64,000 bases of DNA, taken from assembly GCA_902533225.1 (NCBI GenBank), contig CACALC010000001.1, positions 44,233 to 108,232 on the forward strand, written 5' to 3'. The position numbers and the translations under genes were made by a program. The DNA is from an uncultured SAR116 cluster alpha proteobacterium (lineage in GTDB: Bacteria > Pseudomonadota > Alphaproteobacteria > Puniceispirillales > Marisalimonadaceae). Below the pieces are notes generated by a model. That model saw nothing but the letters and a program-made list of their open reading frames with translations, was not told the origin of the DNA and made no database searches. Positions 52,603 to 63,517 of this stretch are shown piece after piece (the first letter of the stretch is position 1; each line of letters starts with the position of its first letter).

Positions 52603-53541
52603 ATGGCACTAAATTGGTTTAAAAAATTAAAAACAGGATTAAGTAAATCAGCATCAAAGGTAGAAGGTGCTATAGCTTCAATTACTGGAAAAAAAACTAT
52701 CGATCAAGAATCAATTGATGATATTGAAGACCAATTAATTTTGGCTGATTTAGGTATTGAAGTTGCCGCTAGAATAACAAAAAAAATTAAAAATCAAAAA
52801 TTTGAATTAAATAACAACAAAGAAATAGAAAAATTAGATATTGCCAAAACATTAGCTTCAGAGATTGAACAAATTTTATTACCATGTGAAAAAAATCTTT
52901 TTGAAAATGTATCTTCCAAACCACATGTACTTTTTTTAGCCGGTGTAAATGGCTCTGGGAAGACAACTACCGCTGGCAAAATAGCTGAACAATTTAGAGT
53001 TCAAAATAAAACAGTAGTTTTGGCAGCATCAGACACATTTAGAGCTGCAGCTGTTGAACAATTAAATACATGGGGCAAAAGAGTTGGTGCACAAGTTGTT
53101 TCTGGTGTAAATGGAGGAGACTCGGCTGCTGTTGCATTTAAAGCACTGCAATTAGCAAAAAATGAAGGGATAGATATAGTCATAATAGATACAGCTGGAA
53201 GACTACAAAATAAAAAAGACTTAATGGAAGAACTTACTAAAACGTGCAGAGTTCTTAGTAAATTAGATAAAGATGCCCCCCATCAAAAAGTTGTTGTTTT
53301 AGATGGAACCGTTGGTCAAAACGCACATTCCCAACTTAAAAGTTTTGATGAAGCAATTGGTTTAACGGGAATGATAATAACTAAATTAGATGGTAGTGCA
53401 AAAGGTGGGGTTGTTGTTTCATTAGCTGAAACTTATAAAATCCCAATTCATGCTGTTGGCGTTGGAGAGGGATTAGATGATCTTCAAACTTTTAAAGCTA
53501 CTTCTTTTTCTAGAGCATTGGCTGGCCTAGATGAAATTTAG
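52603..53541 (+). CDS. ftsY: SRP receptor FtsY
   Basis: GVNGSGKTTT, DTFRAAA, DTAGR, TKLDGSAKGG. Confidence 0.97.
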   Translation: MALNWFKKLKTGLSKSASKVEGAIASITGKKTIDQESIDDIEDQLILADLGIEVAARITKKIKNQKFELNNNKEIEKLDIAKTLASEIEQILLPCEKNLFENVSSKPHVLFLAGVNGSGKTTTAGKIAEQFRVQNKTVVLAASDTFRAAAVEQLNTWGKRVGAQVVSGVNGGDSAAVAFKALQLAKNEGIDIVIIDTAGRLQNKKDLMEELTKTCRVLSKLDKDAPHQKVVVLDGTVGQNAHSQLKSFDEAIGLTGMIITKLDGSAKGGVVVSLAETYKIPIHAVGVGEGLDDLQTFKATSFSRALAGLDEI

Positions 53542-53609
53542 AAATTACTTTAACTTGACTTAAATACTAAATTTCTATAAGTGATCCTTATATTTATTTA
53601 TTAAGAATA

Positions 53610-53670
53610 CTAGCGCACGTCCTTGAGTTTCAAGCACGGGCGTAATTGTGGTTTAAAAAGAAGATCCGGT
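53610..53670 (+). ncRNA. ffh leader cis-regulatory RNA motif (alphaproteobacterial ffh motif)
   Basis: GC-rich island in an AT-rich spacer: GCGCACGTCCTTGAGTTTCAAGCACGGGCGT with nested pairings, directly 5' of ffh. Confidence 0.7.
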
Positions 53671-53676
53671 ATTAAA

Positions 53677-55200
53677 ATGTTTGAAAACTTAACAGATAAA
53701 CTTGGAAATGTTTTTAAAGGGCTTACCAAAAGGGGTGCTCTCTCTGAAGGTGATGTTGACATAGCCTTAAAAGAAGTGCGTTTAGCTCTATTAGAGGCTG
53801 ATGTTGCTTTGTCAGTGGTAAGAGAGTTCATTGACAAGGTCAGAATTAGAGCAGTAGGTGAAGAAGTCTTAAGATCTGTCACTCCTGGTCAACAGGTTAT
53901 AAAGATCGTAAATGATGTATTAATTGAAGTTCTTGGATCAAATGAATCAGAACTTCTAATAGATCATGCTCCACCAGCAGTTATTTTATTAGTTGGCCTT
54001 CAAGGTTCAGGTAAAACAACAACAGCAGGTAAGTTAGCATTACATTTGAAATCTAAAAAAAGAAAGAAAGTAATGCTTGCTTCTCTTGATATTTACAGAC
54101 CAGCAGCAAGAGAACAACTTAGAATTCTAGGCGAGCAAGCTGAGGTTTTAGTGCTACCTGAAATAGAAGGAGAGAGTCCAGAAAAAATAGCAAAAAGGGC
54201 AATGGCAGCTTCAAAAATTCAAGCAATAGATGTGTTGATTCTTGATACTGCTGGAAGGACAACTTTGGATACAGCCATGATGTCAGAGGCTCAAGAAGTT
54301 TTTAAATTATCAAATCCATCGGAAACTTTATTGGTTGCTGATGCAATGACAGGTCAGGATGCTGTTCAAACTGCAAAAGCATTTTCAGAATTGATTAAGA
54401 TTTCAGGTGTGGTGTTAACCCGTTCCGACGGTGATGCAAGAGGTGGTGCAGCATTATCTATGAGGTCGGTTACGGGCTGTCCCATAAAATTTGTTGGTGT
54501 TTCAGAAAAATTAGACGGATTAGAGCCATTTTATCCAGACAGAGCAGCTGGTAGGATTTTAGACATGGGCGATGTCGTTTCATTAGTTGAGAAAGCGGCC
54601 GAAACTATTGCCGAAGAAGATGCTGCCCACATGATGAAAAGAATGTCTCAAGGCAGTTTTGATATGAACGATATGTTAAAGCAAATTGGACAACTTAAAA
54701 AAATGGGTGGTTTAGGCGGTGTTATGTCAATGCTACCTGGCATAGGTAAACTGCAAAAACAAATGGCAGCAAATAATTTCAATGATAAAGCTATTTCAAA
54801 ACAAGAAGCTATTATTTACTCAATGACTAAGAAGGAAAGAATTAATGTTGCTCTTTTAAATGCTTCACGTAGAAAGAGAATTGCCTTTGGATCAGGGACG
54901 GCTGTTTCTGATGTAAATAGACTTGTAAAACAGCAACAAGATATGGCCCGTATGATGAAAAAAATGGGTAAAATGGGTGGCCTGGGTGGTTTAAAAAATA
55001 TGATGTCTTCGTTAGGGGGTGGAAGCTCGAGTTCAGAACAAGTTTCAGAGAGTCAATCGCCAGTTATGGATGCAAATAAGATGGCTGAATTGCAAAAAAT
55101 GATGGGTGGAAATATGCCTAATTTAGGAGACATGGCAAATAGGTTTGGTGGTGCTGGTTTACCTGGCTTAGGCGGAAAACCATCAAAGAAAAGACGATAA
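53677..55200 (+). CDS. ffh: Signal recognition particle protein
   Basis: MFENLTDKL start, GLQGSGKTT, DTAGR, DGDARGG, Met-rich M domain. Confidence 0.98.
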   Translation: MFENLTDKLGNVFKGLTKRGALSEGDVDIALKEVRLALLEADVALSVVREFIDKVRIRAVGEEVLRSVTPGQQVIKIVNDVLIEVLGSNESELLIDHAPPAVILLVGLQGSGKTTTAGKLALHLKSKKRKKVMLASLDIYRPAAREQLRILGEQAEVLVLPEIEGESPEKIAKRAMAASKIQAIDVLILDTAGRTTLDTAMMSEAQEVFKLSNPSETLLVADAMTGQDAVQTAKAFSELIKISGVVLTRSDGDARGGAALSMRSVTGCPIKFVGVSEKLDGLEPFYPDRAAGRILDMGDVVSLVEKAAETIAEEDAAHMMKRMSQGSFDMNDMLKQIGQLKKMGGLGGVMSMLPGIGKLQKQMAANNFNDKAISKQEAIIYSMTKKERINVALLNASRRKRIAFGSGTAVSDVNRLVKQQQDMARMMKKMGKMGGLGGLKNMMSSLGGGSSSSEQVSESQSPVMDANKMAELQKMMGGNMPNLGDMANRFGGAGLPGLGGKPSKKRR

Positions 55201-55229
55201 ACTTTATTAATTTTATATAAGGAAAAAAA

Positions 55230-55724
55230 ATGGCGTTAAAAATTAGATTGTCTAGAGGTGGAGCTAAAAAAAGACCTTTTTACAAAATTGTAGTTGCCGA
55301 GGCTTTATCTCCACGAGATGGAAAGTTTATTGAAAGATTAGGTTCTTACAATCCAATGGTGGCTAAAGATCATGCAGAAAGACTGGTATTGGATGTAGAA
55401 AGAGTAAAATACTGGATATCAAAAGGAGCTCAGCCTACTCTGAGAGTTGCTAAAATGTTGTCCTCAGATGGTTTGGTAAAAGCACCAGTAATTAAAGACC
55501 AGCCTATCAAAAGTGCTCCAGGAAAGAAAAGAAAAGAAAGAGAGGCAGAGGCAGCTGAAAAATTAGCTTCGGCAGCTGAAGCACCAGCTGAAGAGGCACC
55601 AGCAGCAGAAGCACCAGCTGAAGAGGCACCAGCAGCAGAAGCACCAGCTGAAGAGGCACCAGCAGCTGAAGCACCAGCTGAAGAGGCACCAGCAGCGCCA
55701 GCTGAAGAGGATAAAAAAGAATAA
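55230..55724 (+). CDS. rpsP: 30S ribosomal protein S16 with an Ala/Glu/Pro tail
   Basis: [30 protein letters not shown]. Confidence 0.98.
   Translation: MALKIRLSRGGAKKRPFYKIVVAEALSPRDGKFIERLGSYNPMVAKDHAERLVLDVERVKYWISKGAQPTLRVAKMLSSDGLVKAPVIKDQPIKSAPGKKRKEREAEAAEKLASAAEAPAEEAPAAEAPAEEAPAAEAPAEEAPAAEAPAEEAPAAPAEEDKKE
55572..55710 (+). repeat. Coding tandem repeat, 30 nt x ~4.5 ([10 protein letters not shown])
   Basis: GCAGCWGAAGCACCAGCTGAAGAGGCACCA repeated in tandem. Confidence 0.95.
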
Positions 55725-55731
55725 ATAAATT

Positions 55732-56241
55732 TTGTCTAATAAAAATTTTTTAGAAATTGGGCTCTTTGTAGGAGTTAAAGGTATTAAAGGAGAAGTGAAG
55801 CTAAAAAGTTACACCGAAGTCCCTGAAAATCTTTTTTCTTACAAGGAGTTTTATTTACACAATTCTAGTAAACCAATAAATTTGACATTTATTAGAAAAG
55901 TTAAACAAAATCTTATTTGTAAAATTGAAAATATTACCACACGAAATGATGCAGAAAAATTAAGAGGTTTAAAATTACTTATTAAGAGAGGTCAATTATC
56001 AACGCTTGCAGATGATGAGTTCTATCAAGTAGATTTATTAGGTTTTCAAGTTTATAACTTAAACCGAGATAGTTTAGGTGAAATTATTACGTTCAACGAC
56101 TTTGGTGGTGGTTTGTTAATAGAGGTAAAAAAAAATGATAAAAAATTTTATTTGCCTATGAGTTCAAATTTTTTGGAAGATATTAATTATTTGGAACGAG
56201 AGGTTGTATTAAACTTAGATCTTAATTTTATAAAAGATTAA
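55732..56241 (+). CDS. rimM: Ribosome maturation factor RimM
   Basis: GIKGEVKL, RNDAEKLRG, DEFYQVDLLG, DFGGG; operon context. Confidence 0.95.
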   Translation: MSNKNFLEIGLFVGVKGIKGEVKLKSYTEVPENLFSYKEFYLHNSSKPINLTFIRKVKQNLICKIENITTRNDAEKLRGLKLLIKRGQLSTLADDEFYQVDLLGFQVYNLNRDSLGEIITFNDFGGGLLIEVKKNDKKFYLPMSSNFLEDINYLEREVVLNLDLNFIKD

Positions 56242-56256
56242 CAAGAGGAGTTTTTT

Positions 56257-56943
56257 GTGTGGAATGCAACTGTTCTAACATTGTTTCCAGAAATGTTTCC
56301 TGGAACCTTAGGTTGTTCATTGGCAGGTAAGGCTCTAGAAAATGGTTTATGGAAGCTTAATAAAATCAATATCAGGGACTTTGCAAACAATAAAAATGGT
56401 AAAGTTGATGACGTTCCATTTGGTGGTGGGCCAGGAATGGTTATAAATGCTGAAGTTCTTGACAAAGCTTTGTCATCAGCCTCCGCAGAAGAAGGACCAA
56501 GAATATATCTGTCACCAAGAGGAATAAAATTCGACCAGGCATTTGCAAAAGATTTGTCTAAAGAACAAGGTGCCATATTTATTTGTGGTAGGTATGAAGG
56601 AGTAGATGAAAGATTTTTAATATATAATAATGTTATTGAAGTAAGTGTAGGTGACTTCATTTTGTCTGGTGGCGAAATAGGTGCTCAATTGATGATTGAT
56701 GCCACAGTTAGACTTCTTCCAAATGTGATTGGAAATTCTATAGGGTTAGTTGAGGAAAGTTTTGAAAATAATTTGTTAGAGTATCCATTATATACCTACC
56801 CTAGAGTTTGGAATGAGCTTGAAGTTCCAGAGGTGTTGCTTTCAGGCGATCATAAAAGAATAAAAAAGTGGAAAACTGAAATGTCAGAAAAAATAACTAA
56901 ATCTAAGAGGCCAGACCTTTGGTCTAAATATATAAAATCTTAA
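56257..56943 (+). CDS. trmD: tRNA m1G37 methyltransferase
   Basis: TLFPEMF, DDVPFGGGPGM, CGRYEGVDER, SVGDFILSGGE. Confidence 0.98.
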   Translation: MWNATVLTLFPEMFPGTLGCSLAGKALENGLWKLNKINIRDFANNKNGKVDDVPFGGGPGMVINAEVLDKALSSASAEEGPRIYLSPRGIKFDQAFAKDLSKEQGAIFICGRYEGVDERFLIYNNVIEVSVGDFILSGGEIGAQLMIDATVRLLPNVIGNSIGLVEESFENNLLEYPLYTYPRVWNELEVPEVLLSGDHKRIKKWKTEMSEKITKSKRPDLWSKYIKS

Positions 56944-56997
56944 CTAGAAAAAAAATTATTAATTTGCTATGAAGATGTTTCACGAAAGGGTAATAAA

Positions 56998-57429
56998 ATG
57001 AATGTTATTGATAAAATTGAAAAAGATCAGATGGACAAAATTGCTTCAGAAAGATCTATCCCAGAATTTGGTGCAGGTGATACTATAAAAGTTGACGTCA
57101 AAATTGTAGAAGGTGATAAGGAGAGAATACAAGCCTTTGAGGGATTATGTATTGCTCGTAGTGGTGGAGGATTGAACGAAAGCTTTACAGTTAGGAAAAT
57201 CTCATATGGCGAGGGTGTTGAGAGAATATTTCCAATTTTCTCACCAAAGATTGCAGCAATCACAGTCCTTAAAAGAGGAAAAGTTAGGAGAGCTAAACTA
57301 TACTATCTTAGAGATAGAAGGGGTAAATCAGCACGTATTGTTGAGAAAATTCAAGTAAATAAAAAGGATAATATTCCAAAGGTTCAAAAGTCCGAAATCA
57401 AAGAAACTTCAGACGAAAAAACGTCATAA
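56998..57429 (+). CDS. rplS: 50S ribosomal protein L19
   Basis: [37 protein letters not shown]. Confidence 0.99.
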   Translation: MNVIDKIEKDQMDKIASERSIPEFGAGDTIKVDVKIVEGDKERIQAFEGLCIARSGGGLNESFTVRKISYGEGVERIFPIFSPKIAAITVLKRGKVRRAKLYYLRDRRGKSARIVEKIQVNKKDNIPKVQKSEIKETSDEKTS

Positions 57430-57500
57430 ATCGCTAACTAGAAACTTTTTTCACTTACTCAACGTCTTTAAATTGATTTCCAACTTTATGGAGATAAAAA

Positions 57501-58904
57501 ATGAAACCTAAAACACTTTTTGACAAGATTTGGGATCACCATCTTATTGATACCCAGGAAAATGGTGCGTCATTAATATATATAGATAGGCATTTAGTTC
57601 ACGAAGTAACTAGTCCTCAAGCCTTCGAAGGATTAAGATTATCTGGAAGGACTGTTAACTCACCAAAAAGAACCCTTGCAGTCGCTGATCATAATGTCCC
57701 TACTACTGACAGAGCTGGTGGAATAGATGAAGAAGAGTCACGAATCCAAGTTGAAGCATTAGACAAAAATGTTGAAGATTTTGGTATTCCTTATTTTAAT
57801 ATGATGGACAAAAGACAGGGTATTGTTCACGTTATAGGACCTGAGCAAGGTTTTACTCAGCCAGGAATGACAATAGTTTGTGGGGATAGCCACACTGCTA
57901 CGCATGGAGCCTTTGGTGCTCTTGCTTTTGGAATTGGAACATCAGAGGTTGAACACGTTTTAGCTACACAAACCTTAATACAAAAGCCAGCTAAGAATAT
58001 GCTTATTAATTTAGAAGGTGAGCTTCAAACTGGTGTTTCTCCTAAAGACTTAGTTCTTGCTATTATTGGTAAAATTGGAACAGCTGGCGGAACAGGTCAT
58101 GTCATAGAATATTCGGGAGAGGCTATAAAAAAACTCTCTATGGAGGGTAGAATGACAGTATGCAATATGTCAATAGAGGCAGGTGCCAGAGCTGGTATGA
58201 TAGCACCTGACCAAGTTACTTTTGATTATTTAAAAGATAAGCCGATGTCACCTAAAGGCAATGAATGGGACCTTGCAATTGAATGGTGGAAGTCATTGCC
58301 TTCAGACGAGGGTGCTTTTTATGATAAAAGAATAACTATTGATGCTACTAAAATTAAACCTACTGTAACTTGGGGGACAAGCCCTGAAGATGTCGTATCT
58401 ATTGATGGTTTCATTCCAGATCCAAGTAAAATTGAAGACGACGATGCTCGACTAAAAGTTGAAAGATCGCTTGAGTATATGGGTTTGAAAGGTGGCCAAA
58501 AGATTTCGGATGTTGAAATTAACACAGTATTTATTGGTTCTTGTACTAATTCTAGGATAGAGGACTTGAGATCAGCAGCTAGAATTATTGAAGGTAAAAA
58601 AGTAAAACAAGGTTTAAGAGCTATGGTTGTTCCTGGTTCAGGATTAGTTAAAGCTCAAGCTGAAGAAGAAGGTCTTAACTTAATGTTTACAGAAGCAGGT
58701 TTTGAATGGAGAGAGCCTGGTTGTTCAATGTGTTTGGCTATGAATGAAGATAAATTACAGCCTGGAGAAAGATGCGCTAGTACTTCAAATAGAAATTTTG
58801 AAGGTAGACAAGGAAAAGGTGGAAGAACTCATTTGGTAAGTCCACAGATAGCCGCTGCTTCTGCAATAACTGGAAAATTAACAGACTGTGATTCATTAAG
58901 CTAA
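57501..58904 (+). CDS. leuC: 3-isopropylmalate dehydratase large subunit
   Basis: [39 protein letters not shown]. Confidence 0.98.
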   Translation: MKPKTLFDKIWDHHLIDTQENGASLIYIDRHLVHEVTSPQAFEGLRLSGRTVNSPKRTLAVADHNVPTTDRAGGIDEEESRIQVEALDKNVEDFGIPYFNMMDKRQGIVHVIGPEQGFTQPGMTIVCGDSHTATHGAFGALAFGIGTSEVEHVLATQTLIQKPAKNMLINLEGELQTGVSPKDLVLAIIGKIGTAGGTGHVIEYSGEAIKKLSMEGRMTVCNMSIEAGARAGMIAPDQVTFDYLKDKPMSPKGNEWDLAIEWWKSLPSDEGAFYDKRITIDATKIKPTVTWGTSPEDVVSIDGFIPDPSKIEDDDARLKVERSLEYMGLKGGQKISDVEINTVFIGSCTNSRIEDLRSAARIIEGKKVKQGLRAMVVPGSGLVKAQAEEEGLNLMFTEAGFEWREPGCSMCLAMNEDKLQPGERCASTSNRNFEGRQGKGGRTHLVSPQIAAASAITGKLTDCDSLS

Positions 58905-58923
58905 TTATTTAAGAGGATATATC

Positions 58924-59529
58924 ATGGAAAAATTTACTAATCTTAAAGGTATAGCTGCTCCTTTTAACTTTATAAATGTTGATACTGACAAAATAATACC
59001 TAAACAATTCTTAAAAACTATTAAGAGAACAGGTTTGGGTAAACATTTATTCGATGAGATGAGATTTAATGACGATGGCACCGAAAAGAAAGACTTTGTA
59101 TTAAACGAAGAACCTTATAGATCTAGCAATATTATTGTTGCGGGCGATAACTTTGGATGTGGCTCAAGCAGAGAGCATGCGCCTTGGGCGTTATCTGATT
59201 TTGGTATAAAATGTATTATATCAACTTCATTTGCAGATATTTTTTATAATAATTCCTTCAAAAACGGTCTTCTACCTATTAAAGTAACTCCCGAACAAAG
59301 AGAAGCTTTAATGGCTGATGCTAAAGATAAAGAAAACCCTGAACTAGAAATAGACTTACCATCACAAGAAATTAGGAGGCCAAATGGATCTGTGATAAAA
59401 TTTGATATAGATCCATTTAGAAAAAAATGTCTTCTCGAAGGTCTAGATGATATTGGCCTAACCATGCAAAAATCGAGTGAAATTCAAAATTTTGAAACAA
59501 AAATGTCTTCTGAAAGACCATGGTTATAA
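58924..59529 (+). CDS. leuD: 3-isopropylmalate dehydratase small subunit
   Basis: [21 protein letters not shown]. Confidence 0.98.
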   Translation: MEKFTNLKGIAAPFNFINVDTDKIIPKQFLKTIKRTGLGKHLFDEMRFNDDGTEKKDFVLNEEPYRSSNIIVAGDNFGCGSSREHAPWALSDFGIKCIISTSFADIFYNNSFKNGLLPIKVTPEQREALMADAKDKENPELEIDLPSQEIRRPNGSVIKFDIDPFRKKCLLEGLDDIGLTMQKSSEIQNFETKMSSERPWL

Positions 59530-59554
59530 TAAAAAATAAAAGCTAGGAAATGTA

Positions 59555-60670
59555 ATGTCGTCAAATAGAACATTAATGGTGCTACCTGGAGACGGAGTTG
59601 GTCCAGAGGTAGTAAATGAGACATTAAGAGTGGTCGATTGGTTGGCTAAAAACAAAAATATTAGTTTTAATATCAAAGAAGGTTTAGTTGGTGGAGCTTC
59701 TTTTGATAAATTTGGAACACCACTTTCGGATGAAACTTTGGCAGATACTATGGATGCAGACGCTGTTTTATTCGGAGCTGTTGGAGGACCAAAATATGAT
59801 GGTGTGGAATTCGAAAAAAGACCAGAGAACGGTCTCTTAAGATTAAGAAAAGAGATGGACTTGTTTGCCAATCTTAGACCGGCAATGGTTTTTCCAGCTT
59901 TAGTCGATGCCTCATCACTTAAGCCAGAAATAATTTCTGGTTTAGATATATTAATATTGAGAGAATTGACAGGTGGTATTTATTTTGCTGAGCCACGTGG
60001 AATTGATGAAATTAATGCAGAGCTAAAAAAAGGATATGATACTAACTTATATACCACCCCTGAAATTGAAAGAATCGGAAGGGTAGCTTTTGATATGGCA
60101 AGGGCAAGAAATGGAAAGGTTACCTCCGTTGAAAAGGCGAATGTTATGATGTCAGGTGTTTTGTGGCGAGAAGTAATGGTAAACCTTCATAAAAAAGAGG
60201 GTGCCGGGATTGATATAAATCATATGTATGCAGATAATTGTGCAATGCAATTAGTAAGAGACCCTAATCAATTTGACGTAATAGTAACTGATAACTTATT
60301 TGGAGATATTTTATCTGATTGTGCAGCTATGTTAACTGGTTCACTTGGCATGCTCCCATCTGCAAGTTTAGGATCAGTTGATAAAAACACTGGAAAGAGA
60401 TATGCCATGTATGAGCCAGTTCATGGATCAGCTCCTGACATAGCAGGTAAAGGATTGGCTAACCCTTTAGCTGAATTGCTAAGTTTATCAATGTTATTGA
60501 GATATTCCTTTGACATGAAAGAAGAAGCTGACTTAATCGACAAAGCTGTCTCAAAAGCGTTAGATGTAGGGCCAAGGACGCCAGATATAATGGCCAAAGG
60601 AAGAGAAAAAGTTGGAACTACAGGAATGATGGACTTAGTTATACATAAATTAGAGGAATTAACTAATTAA
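59555..60670 (+). CDS. leuB: 3-isopropylmalate dehydrogenase
   Basis: PGDGVGPE, NLRP, RELTGGIYF, NLFGDILSD, EPVHGSAPDIAG. Confidence 0.98.
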   Translation: MSSNRTLMVLPGDGVGPEVVNETLRVVDWLAKNKNISFNIKEGLVGGASFDKFGTPLSDETLADTMDADAVLFGAVGGPKYDGVEFEKRPENGLLRLRKEMDLFANLRPAMVFPALVDASSLKPEIISGLDILILRELTGGIYFAEPRGIDEINAELKKGYDTNLYTTPEIERIGRVAFDMARARNGKVTSVEKANVMMSGVLWREVMVNLHKKEGAGIDINHMYADNCAMQLVRDPNQFDVIVTDNLFGDILSDCAAMLTGSLGMLPSASLGSVDKNTGKRYAMYEPVHGSAPDIAGKGLANPLAELLSLSMLLRYSFDMKEEADLIDKAVSKALDVGPRTPDIMAKGREKVGTTGMMDLVIHKLEELTN

Positions 60671-61699
60671 ATGGCTTATAATGTTGCTGTAGTTGGTGCA
60701 ACTGGCGCCGTTGGAAGAGAAATGCTTCAAACTTTGTTTGAAAGAAAGTTTCCGGTAAAAAATATTTATGCATTAGCCTCTAAATCATCCATTGGAAAAG
60801 AAGTCTCTTATGGAGATGACAAAGTTTTAAAAGTTAAGTCTGTTGACGATTTTAATTTTGAAAATGTGGATATAGCTCTTTTTTCAGCAGGTTCCAATAT
60901 CGCAAAAAAATTTGGTCCAGTTGCAGGAAATAAAGGTTGCATAGTTATTGATAATTCTTCTTGTTTCAGAATGGATGATGAGGTTCCCTTAATAGTTCCT
61001 GAGGTTAATCCCGAGGCTATTAATAATTATTATAAAAAAAATATCATAGCTAATCCTAACTGTTCTACCATTCAGCTAGTTGTTGCGTTAAAGCCAATTC
61101 ATAAAAAATTTGAAATATCAAGAGTAGTTGTTTCGACCTATCAGGCTGTTTCTGGTGCTGGAAAACCAGCTATGGATGAATTATTTAATCAGACAAAAGG
61201 TGTATTTGTGCATGATCAGGCAACACCTGAACAATTCACAAAAAAAATAGCTTTCAACGTTATACCACATATTGATATTTTTATGGATGATGGATTTACA
61301 AAAGAAGAATGGAAAATGAATGTTGAAACTAAAAAAATACTAGACCCCAATATAAATTTAGTTGCGCATTGTGTTAGAGTTCCTGTCTTTATAGGTCATA
61401 GCGAAGCTGTTTTCGTCGAGTGTAAAAAAGATATTGATGAAAGACAAGTTAGAAACTTATTACGGGATGCTAATGGAATTACGGTTGTTGACCATAGGGC
61501 TGATGAGGGTTATGTGACACCTGTAGAGGTTGCTGGTGAGGACGATGTTTATATAAGTCGTATAAGAAAAGATCCATCAGTTAAAAATGGAATAGCTTTT
61601 TGGTGCGTAGGAGATAATTTAAGAAAAGGTGCAGCGTTAAACACAGTTCAGATTGCAGAATTATTGGCCAGTAAAAAACTTAAGGGAATTTCACTCTAA
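60671..61699 (+). CDS. asd: Aspartate-semialdehyde dehydrogenase
   Basis: VGATGAVG, NPNCST, STYQAVSGAG, DNLRKGAALN. Confidence 0.98.
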   Translation: MAYNVAVVGATGAVGREMLQTLFERKFPVKNIYALASKSSIGKEVSYGDDKVLKVKSVDDFNFENVDIALFSAGSNIAKKFGPVAGNKGCIVIDNSSCFRMDDEVPLIVPEVNPEAINNYYKKNIIANPNCSTIQLVVALKPIHKKFEISRVVVSTYQAVSGAGKPAMDELFNQTKGVFVHDQATPEQFTKKIAFNVIPHIDIFMDDGFTKEEWKMNVETKKILDPNINLVAHCVRVPVFIGHSEAVFVECKKDIDERQVRNLLRDANGITVVDHRADEGYVTPVEVAGEDDVYISRIRKDPSVKNGIAFWCVGDNLRKGAALNTVQIAELLASKKLKGISL

Positions 61700-61731
61700 T
61701 GCTTTGTTTGATTAATATTTTGTCGGAATAA

Positions 61732-62646
61732 ATGGAATACGCATGGATTGTAGCAGCAATTTTTGCTGCAGGTTGTCAAACTGCCCGATCAGCTTTTCAG
61801 AAAAATATGATATCTAAACTTGGCGATTACGGTGCTGCTTACATAAGATTTTGTTACGCGCTTCCGTTTACTTCTCTTGTATGGTTTGTTTGGATTAATA
61901 TTCCTGGTAATTCAATCCCTATTTTATCGAACTATTCTATTATGCTTTGTTTTTTAGGATCTATTTTTCAGGTTCTTTTTACTTACGTTCTCATGAAAGT
62001 TTTCTCTCATAAAAGTTTTGCAGCAGGAATTGCTTTCTCTAAAACAGAAGTAATATTGATAGCATTTTTGGAGATGTTGATATTAAGTGAAATTTTTTCT
62101 TTGCCGATAACTCTTGGAATATCATTAGGTGTAATATCTGTATTGTTATTGTCATATGCAAAAAAAGCAGAAAGTTTCCTAGATACAATAAAGCTTTTAT
62201 TTAAGTCTGTAACATCAATTGGAACTTTGATTGGTCTTTTGTCAGGTCTACTTTTAGCTGCATCAGTTGTAACTTTTAGAATGTCTATAATTTCAGTAGA
62301 TGGTCCACTTTTAGATAGATCAATATTCATTTCTTTTATCGCGATAATCTTTCAAACAATTATTGTTGGTATATATATGTTTGTATTTAAAAGAGACCAA
62401 CTAAAAGCTGTTTTTAAATTTTGGAAGCCTAGTTTGCCCGCTGGGCTTTGTGGAACTGGTGCAACTTTTGGATGGTTTGTAGCTTTTGGGTTAGCTACAG
62501 CTGCAGAAGTCAGGGCGGTAGGACAAATTGAGTTAATTTTTTCAATTTTAATATCAATGATTATTTTCAAAGAAAAAATTAAACAAACTGAATTTATTGG
62601 TATTATGCTACTTGGAATGTCAATTTTAATAATTATTAACCAATAA
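61732..62646 (+). CDS. DMT/EamA family transporter
   Basis: About 10 TM helices; QTARSAFQK, FSKTE, VRAVGQIEL. Confidence 0.85.
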   Translation: MEYAWIVAAIFAAGCQTARSAFQKNMISKLGDYGAAYIRFCYALPFTSLVWFVWINIPGNSIPILSNYSIMLCFLGSIFQVLFTYVLMKVFSHKSFAAGIAFSKTEVILIAFLEMLILSEIFSLPITLGISLGVISVLLLSYAKKAESFLDTIKLLFKSVTSIGTLIGLLSGLLLAASVVTFRMSIISVDGPLLDRSIFISFIAIIFQTIIVGIYMFVFKRDQLKAVFKFWKPSLPAGLCGTGATFGWFVAFGLATAAEVRAVGQIELIFSILISMIIFKEKIKQTEFIGIMLLGMSILIIINQ

Positions 62647-62726
62647 GTTAGAATTTTCCTTATTTGTAATTGAAATTTTTATGTTATTAGTTCATTTATT
62701 AAATATTAAAAATCATGGGTAAAATA

Positions 62727-63113
62727 ATGAGTAGACAAAGACCACTATCACCTCATCTGCAAATTTATAAACCACAACTTACCTCAATTCTGTCAATTCT
62801 GCATAGAGGTACGGGTATTGTTTTATCAATGGGGAGCATAATTTTAGTTATTTGGATAATATCACTTACACTTGGCAAAGAAACATATCTTTTATACTCT
62901 AAAGTTGTAAATCATTGGTTTAGTCACGTAGTTCTTCTTGGCTTCACTTTTGGTCTTTTTTATCATTTATCAAATGGCATAAGACATTTATTTTGGGATG
63001 CCGGCTATGGCTATGATTTGAAGCATGCTTATATTTCGGGTGGGGCAGTAGTTTTTTGCTCATTGCTTTTAACTATTTTAACTTGGTCAATAATTTACTT
63101 TAGTGTGATTTAA
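62727..63113 (+). CDS. sdhC: Succinate dehydrogenase cytochrome b556 subunit
   Basis: RPLSPHLQIY, SILHRGTG, GIRHLFWD. Confidence 0.97.
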   Translation: MSRQRPLSPHLQIYKPQLTSILSILHRGTGIVLSMGSIILVIWIISLTLGKETYLLYSKVVNHWFSHVVLLGFTFGLFYHLSNGIRHLFWDAGYGYDLKHAYISGGAVVFCSLLLTILTWSIIYFSVI

Positions 63114-63117
63114 GTGG

Positions 63118-63501
63118 ATGAAAAGTAATATTGATGAAAAGTGTATTAAGGTCGAAGGTATGAAAACTCTAAAAACACATGGAGTTGGTCACTGGAAATT
63201 GCAGAGAATTTCTGCTATTGCTATGATACCTTTGGTGATATGGTTTACAACTTCACTTATGTTAACATTAATGGATGGTTACGAGCAGTCAATTGAATGG
63301 TTGCAGAGTCCTTTTAATGCAACAGGATTAATACTTCTTTTTGGTACTCTTTACTTTCATGCGGCATCAGGATTACAAGTCGTGATAGAGGATTATGTTC
63401 ATCATGAGGGGTTGAAAATTGTATCATTAATACTTATAAAATTAATAGCGACAGTTTTAGGTGTCCTATCAATTCTATGTGTATTAAAAATTTATTTATA
63501 A
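63118..63501 (+). CDS. sdhD: Succinate dehydrogenase membrane anchor
   Basis: [10 protein letters not shown]...[11 protein letters not shown]. Confidence 0.96.
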   Translation: MKSNIDEKCIKVEGMKTLKTHGVGHWKLQRISAIAMIPLVIWFTTSLMLTLMDGYEQSIEWLQSPFNATGLILLFGTLYFHAASGLQVVIEDYVHHEGLKIVSLILIKLIATVLGVLSILCVLKIYL

Positions 63502-63517
63502 TTATGAAAGTTTACTA

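Noticed and set aside
55572-55710. CRISPR-like array
   Set aside because: Contiguous in-frame repeats without spacers; no cas genes
56975-56990. parS-like TGTTTCACG upstream of rplS
   Set aside because: Only one half-site matches; the rest is the Shine-Dalgarno region
57430-57500. Leucine attenuator before leuC
   Set aside because: No Leu-rich leader peptide or terminator hairpin
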